From: a bacterium
GTDB taxonomy: Bacteria > JAMCPX01
Direction: 5' to 3'
NCBI GenBank assembly: GCA_037439545.1
Contig: JBBIVV010000004.1
Coordinates: 1-64,000 of the forward strand
DNA length: 64,000 nucleotides
In this document: one piece after another, positions 60,822-64,000 of the stretch
How the letters are laid out: each line of letters starts with the position of its first letter
Numbering within the stretch: position 1 is the stretch's first letter
The notes under the pieces: model-generated
Told to the model about the DNA's origin: nothing
What the model saw: only the letters and a program-made list of their open reading frames with translations
Databases searched by the model: none
Made by a program: the position numbers and the translations under genes

Positions 60822-61009
60822 TTCTTTCTCCTACTATTATATTAATATATTTTAGTCGTAGTATATATTGTTTATAATTAAATAAAAATAATAACCATTT
60901 AATATATATATATATAATACATTATTTATTATGTTTATTTTATTGTTTATTTTCTGTTGATAAGTAACATAGTAAAGAAATTAAAACTTTTCAACAGTTT
61001 TTTAATCAG
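60822..61009. other. Probable oriC unwinding region (dnaA-dnaN spacer)
   Basis: Very AT-rich; DnaA-box-like 9-mers at 60869-60877, 60955-60963 and 60988-60996; trio-like TAGTCGTAGTA at 60853-60863. Confidence 0.7.
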
Positions 61010-62329
61010 CTATCCCATCCCTTTTTTAATCTTTTCAATAACATCTTTTACACTATGATCGTTTTTTATCATTCCTGTAATTTTATTGACGGAATGTATG
61101 ACTGTCGAATGATCCTTATTTCCGAACTGTACCCCTATTTCAGGAAACGACGCATTCGTTAATGTTCTGGAAAGGAACATGGCTATCTGTCGAGGATAAG
61201 AAATATATTTCATTCTTCTGTCCGACAATAAGTCGGAGACCTTAATCTTAAAATGTGAAGCAACTGCTTTTTGTATGTCTTCTATGGTAAGCCACTTGTC
61301 TTTTCTCCTGATCAGGCTTGACAGCACTTCTTTCGCCACAGGTAAGTTTAATTTGGTCTTTGTGAGGCATTCATATGCGGATAGCCGTGTAAGATAACCC
61401 TCCAATTCCCTGATGTTCGATTGGGTATTGTAAGCAAGATAAAATGCGATTTCATCATCTATGCCTATATTATCCGCCTCTGCCTTTTTTTTAATGATGG
61501 CAACCTTTGTTTCTATGTCAGGGACCTGAATATCTGCGATAAGACCCATTTCAAACCTGCTTCTCAGGCGTTCCTCAATGTTGGAGATCTCCTTCGGCAG
61601 CCTGTCAGAGGTAAATACTATTTGTTTTTTCTCCTGATATAGGGTGTTAAAGGTATGGAACATTTCTTCCTGAGACCTTTCTTTATTTGAGATGAACTGG
61701 ATATCATCTATAAGCAGTACGTCACAGTTTCTATAAACCTCCCTGAATATGTCCATCTTTTTATCCCGCAAATGGTTTACAAGATCATTGACAAAATGCT
61801 CGGTAGTTATATAAATGATGTTAAGCCCGTCTTTTACCCCCTCTATTTGATTACCTATAGCGTTCAGAATATGTGTTTTACCGAGTCCCACACCGCCATA
61901 TATGAACAGAGGGTTATATGCATTCCCAGGATTCTGAGCTACTGCCAGCGCTGCTGCACTTGCAAATTTATTGGATTCGCCCACAATATAATTATCAAAA
62001 ACATAGTTTTTCAATAAGCCTTTTGTATTGTTCATCGGAACAAAAGGGATCTTGTTATTGTCGGTAGTTGCAGTATCGGTATCGATATCTTCTCTATGAT
62101 CAATGATCAACTCTATCTCAATATCCTCGCCTAAAACGTCTTTTGCAGTCTTTGTTATATCAGGGTGATAGTGGTTTCTTATCCACTCTAAAGAAAAATC
62201 ATCCGGCACTCCAAGTACCATATGATTATCATTAAAACTTATAGGATTTAAAATGGTTAGCCACGGATCATTATTGTTGTCCGTATAAATATTAATCAAT
62301 TCTTTTCTTATTTTATCCCATGCTTCCAT
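61010..62329 (-). CDS. dnaA: Chromosomal replication initiator
   Basis: YNPLFIYGGVGLGKTH, LLIDDIQF, RLRSRF, NIRELEG, RQIAM, DHSTVIH. Confidence 0.98.
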   Translation of the reverse strand: MEAWDKIRKELINIYTDNNNDPWLTILNPISFNDNHMVLGVPDDFSLEWIRNHYHPDITKTAKDVLGEDIEIELIIDHREDIDTDTATTDNNKIPFVPMNNTKGLLKNYVFDNYIVGESNKFASAAALAVAQNPGNAYNPLFIYGGVGLGKTHILNAIGNQIEGVKDGLNIIYITTEHFVNDLVNHLRDKKMDIFREVYRNCDVLLIDDIQFISNKERSQEEMFHTFNTLYQEKKQIVFTSDRLPKEISNIEERLRSRFEMGLIADIQVPDIETKVAIIKKKAEADNIGIDDEIAFYLAYNTQSNIRELEGYLTRLSAYECLTKTKLNLPVAKEVLSSLIRRKDKWLTIEDIQKAVASHFKIKVSDLLSDRRMKYISYPRQIAMFLSRTLTNASFPEIGVQFGNKDHSTVIHSVNKITGMIKNDHSVKDVIEKIKKGMG

Positions 62330-62411
62330 ACAGTTCCCCATCATTAACATATAACTTGTTTATGTAACTTGTTGAGATCACAAGCTAAACTAATTTGAGA
62401 AACACACAAGT

Positions 62412-62431
62412 TTTTCAACACCTGTGGAAAA
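62412..62431. promoter_or_regulatory. Inverted pair of DnaA-box-like sites upstream of dnaA
   Basis: TTTTCAACA-CC-TGTGGAAAA. Confidence 0.6.
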
Positions 62432-62797
62432 CAATATAACTTCATATAAAACAGCACGTTACACCATCGTTTTTATGGTCAATGATAGCAATTTTGAAGA
62501 AAGAATTCATGCGATATTTACAACCAACAGGTAGTATACTCACAAAAAAGAACCACAACTTGTTGATATTGTCCAACATATTGAAAAATAAAGACATTTT
62601 TATGTTTTTCATGGGGTTATATTATGCTTTAATTAATCCTTGTCAAGTATTTATTTACCTGTTTAAAATTTTACTTTGGTAAAGGACGAAATTCACTCAC
62701 AGGGTTTACCGGCGACAAGAAACTTCTACGGAATGAATGTCCTGAAAAATCTTTTTTAAATTGAAATTTTCTGTTACAGTAAGATAATGAGATATGC

Positions 62798-64000
62798 ATG
62801 AAAAAAGAGATAATTGCAAAACAAGACACGATTACAGCCATAGCTACACCGGCTGGTGAAGGTGCTATAGGTATAGTCAGAATAAGCGGCAGCCATGCAG
62901 AGCAGGTACTTAAAAAGATTTTTAAACCGATCCATTCCATAAAAAGATATATAAGCCATAGAATGTACTATGGCGCCATTTATGAAAGGCCGGATACAAT
63001 TATCGATCAAGTCATGATCGTTCTTATGAGGGCGGATAAAACATACACAGGCGAGGACATGGTTGAGATATACACGCATGGCGGCTCAGCTGTTATCCAT
63101 GCTGTTTTGCAGGTCACTCTTGATGCAGGGGCAAAGCTTGCTCAAAGAGGCGAATTCACGAGAAGGGCATTTTTAAACGGTAAGATGGATCTGCTCCAGG
63201 CAGAAGCGGTTGTAGATCTTATCAAAGCAGACAACGATGCGGCAAGAAAACAGGCGATAAACCAGATAACAGGCGTACTTTCCCAATTTATCCTGTCCAT
63301 AAAAGAAAAACTCATGCAGGTCAAAACAAATATAGAAGTCATGATAGATTTTCCTGAAGAAGACAGTGTCCCCAAGCAAACAGAAGACTTAAAGGTTATC
63401 CTGCAAGCAGCGTATGATGAAGTTGCACATGTATTGCGAAACTATGAGCAGGCAAAGATCATAAGACAGGGAATTAGCGTTCTATTCATAGGAAGACCAA
63501 ATGCAGGCAAGTCCAGCCTTTTTAATGCCATGCTTGGGGAAAACAGGGCAATTGTCACACCAGACCCAGGAACGACAAGAGATTACATAGAAGAATCAAT
63601 TAGTTACAATGGACTAAAGATTACGCTCACAGACACGGCAGGGTTGAGAACCAGTGAAGAACCTGTGGAAAAAATAGGAATTGGGATGACAAAAAAGCTT
63701 ATAAAAACAACAGATATTATAGCACTTCTTATTGATCCAAACCAGCACACCGATTATGAAGAGGAGCTTGCAACAGCAGAAGGACAAAAAGATAAGATCA
63801 TTATTGTAATAAATAAAATAGATATCACGGAAAAGGCAAAGATTGAGAAAGTAGAGAAGATATTCAAAGGGTATAAGGTATTTTCAATTTCGGCCCTGAC
63901 AAAACAGGGTATAGAATCATTAAAGCAAGGCATTGCAGCACCGGACCAGCTGCCGTCCATAGAAAACACGCCGGTCATTAACAGGCAAAGGCATAAACAG
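62798..64000 (+). CDS. mnmE: tRNA modification GTPase, 3'-truncated by the window edge (absent from the ORF track)
   Basis: Translated by hand: DTITAIATPAGEGAIGIVRISG, YTGED, HGG, GEFTRRAFLNGKMDL, GRPNAGKSS, PGTTRD, DTAG, NKID. Confidence 0.96.
   Translation, partial: MKKEIIAKQDTITAIATPAGEGAIGIVRISGSHAEQVLKKIFKPIHSIKRYISHRMYYGAIYERPDTIIDQVMIVLMRADKTYTGEDMVEIYTHGGSAVIHAVLQVTLDAGAKLAQRGEFTRRAFLNGKMDLLQAEAVVDLIKADNDAARKQAINQITGVLSQFILSIKEKLMQVKTNIEVMIDFPEEDSVPKQTEDLKVILQAAYDEVAHVLRNYEQAKIIRQGISVLFIGRPNAGKSSLFNAMLGENRAIVTPDPGTTRDYIEESISYNGLKITLTDTAGLRTSEEPVEKIGIGMTKKLIKTTDIIALLIDPNQHTDYEEELATAEGQKDKIIIVINKIDITEKAKIEKVEKIFKGYKVFSISALTKQGIESLKQGIAAPDQLPSIENTPVINRQRHKQ

Noticed and set aside
62482..62682. 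ORF containing MRYLQPT...KKNH, faintly like rpmH at its expected position
   Set aside because: Lacks the Arg-rich composition and the HGF..RM motif of L34; AT-rich origin sequence, probably chance
1..64000. CRISPR arrays, tRNA/rRNA, intact transposases or integrases
   Set aside because: No regularly spaced repeats, cloverleaf/T-loop signatures or recombinase motifs recognised by eye; tRNAscan and Infernal were not run

Overview
Chromosomal window from a diderm, probably anaerobic, deltaproteobacterium-like (Desulfobacterota/Myxococcota-like) organism. The lineage is inferred from lpxK/lpxL, TIGR02266-type PilZ proteins and rubrerythrin. The left part (1-24 kb) holds a TolB-like lipoprotein, a split archaeal-type glutamate synthase operon with a divergent Lrp regulator, two tandem PilZ paralogs, a GH50-like lipoprotein, folK, a GMC oxidoreductase pair, fabK, argS-SPOR-aspS and an O-antigen-ligase/TPR protein. 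The centre (24.0-47.8 kb) is the most striking feature: a ~24 kb type II FAS/PKS cluster on an aryl-polyene-like scaffold. It has 2 ACPs, 4 ketosynthases (one a KS-CLF fusion), FabG, an MIO ammonia-lyase, 2 thioesterases, an acyltransferase, LolA and a DUF3261-like lipoprotein. It also carries three radical SAM enzymes (one cobalamin-dependent), a CrtI-like FAD oxidoreductase, a PKS-type dehydratase fused to a PPTase and a DAK2-DegV fusion. No adenylating ligase or FabZ was found in the window. The right part holds hypothetical genes, gene remnants (BrnT, PiT), mrcB-lpxL-lpxK-mtnP, rubrerythrin, dnaN, dnaA, the probable oriC and the 5' part of mnmE. No rRNA, tRNA, CRISPR array or intact transposase was recognised. 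All calls come from motif reading only; no database searches were run.
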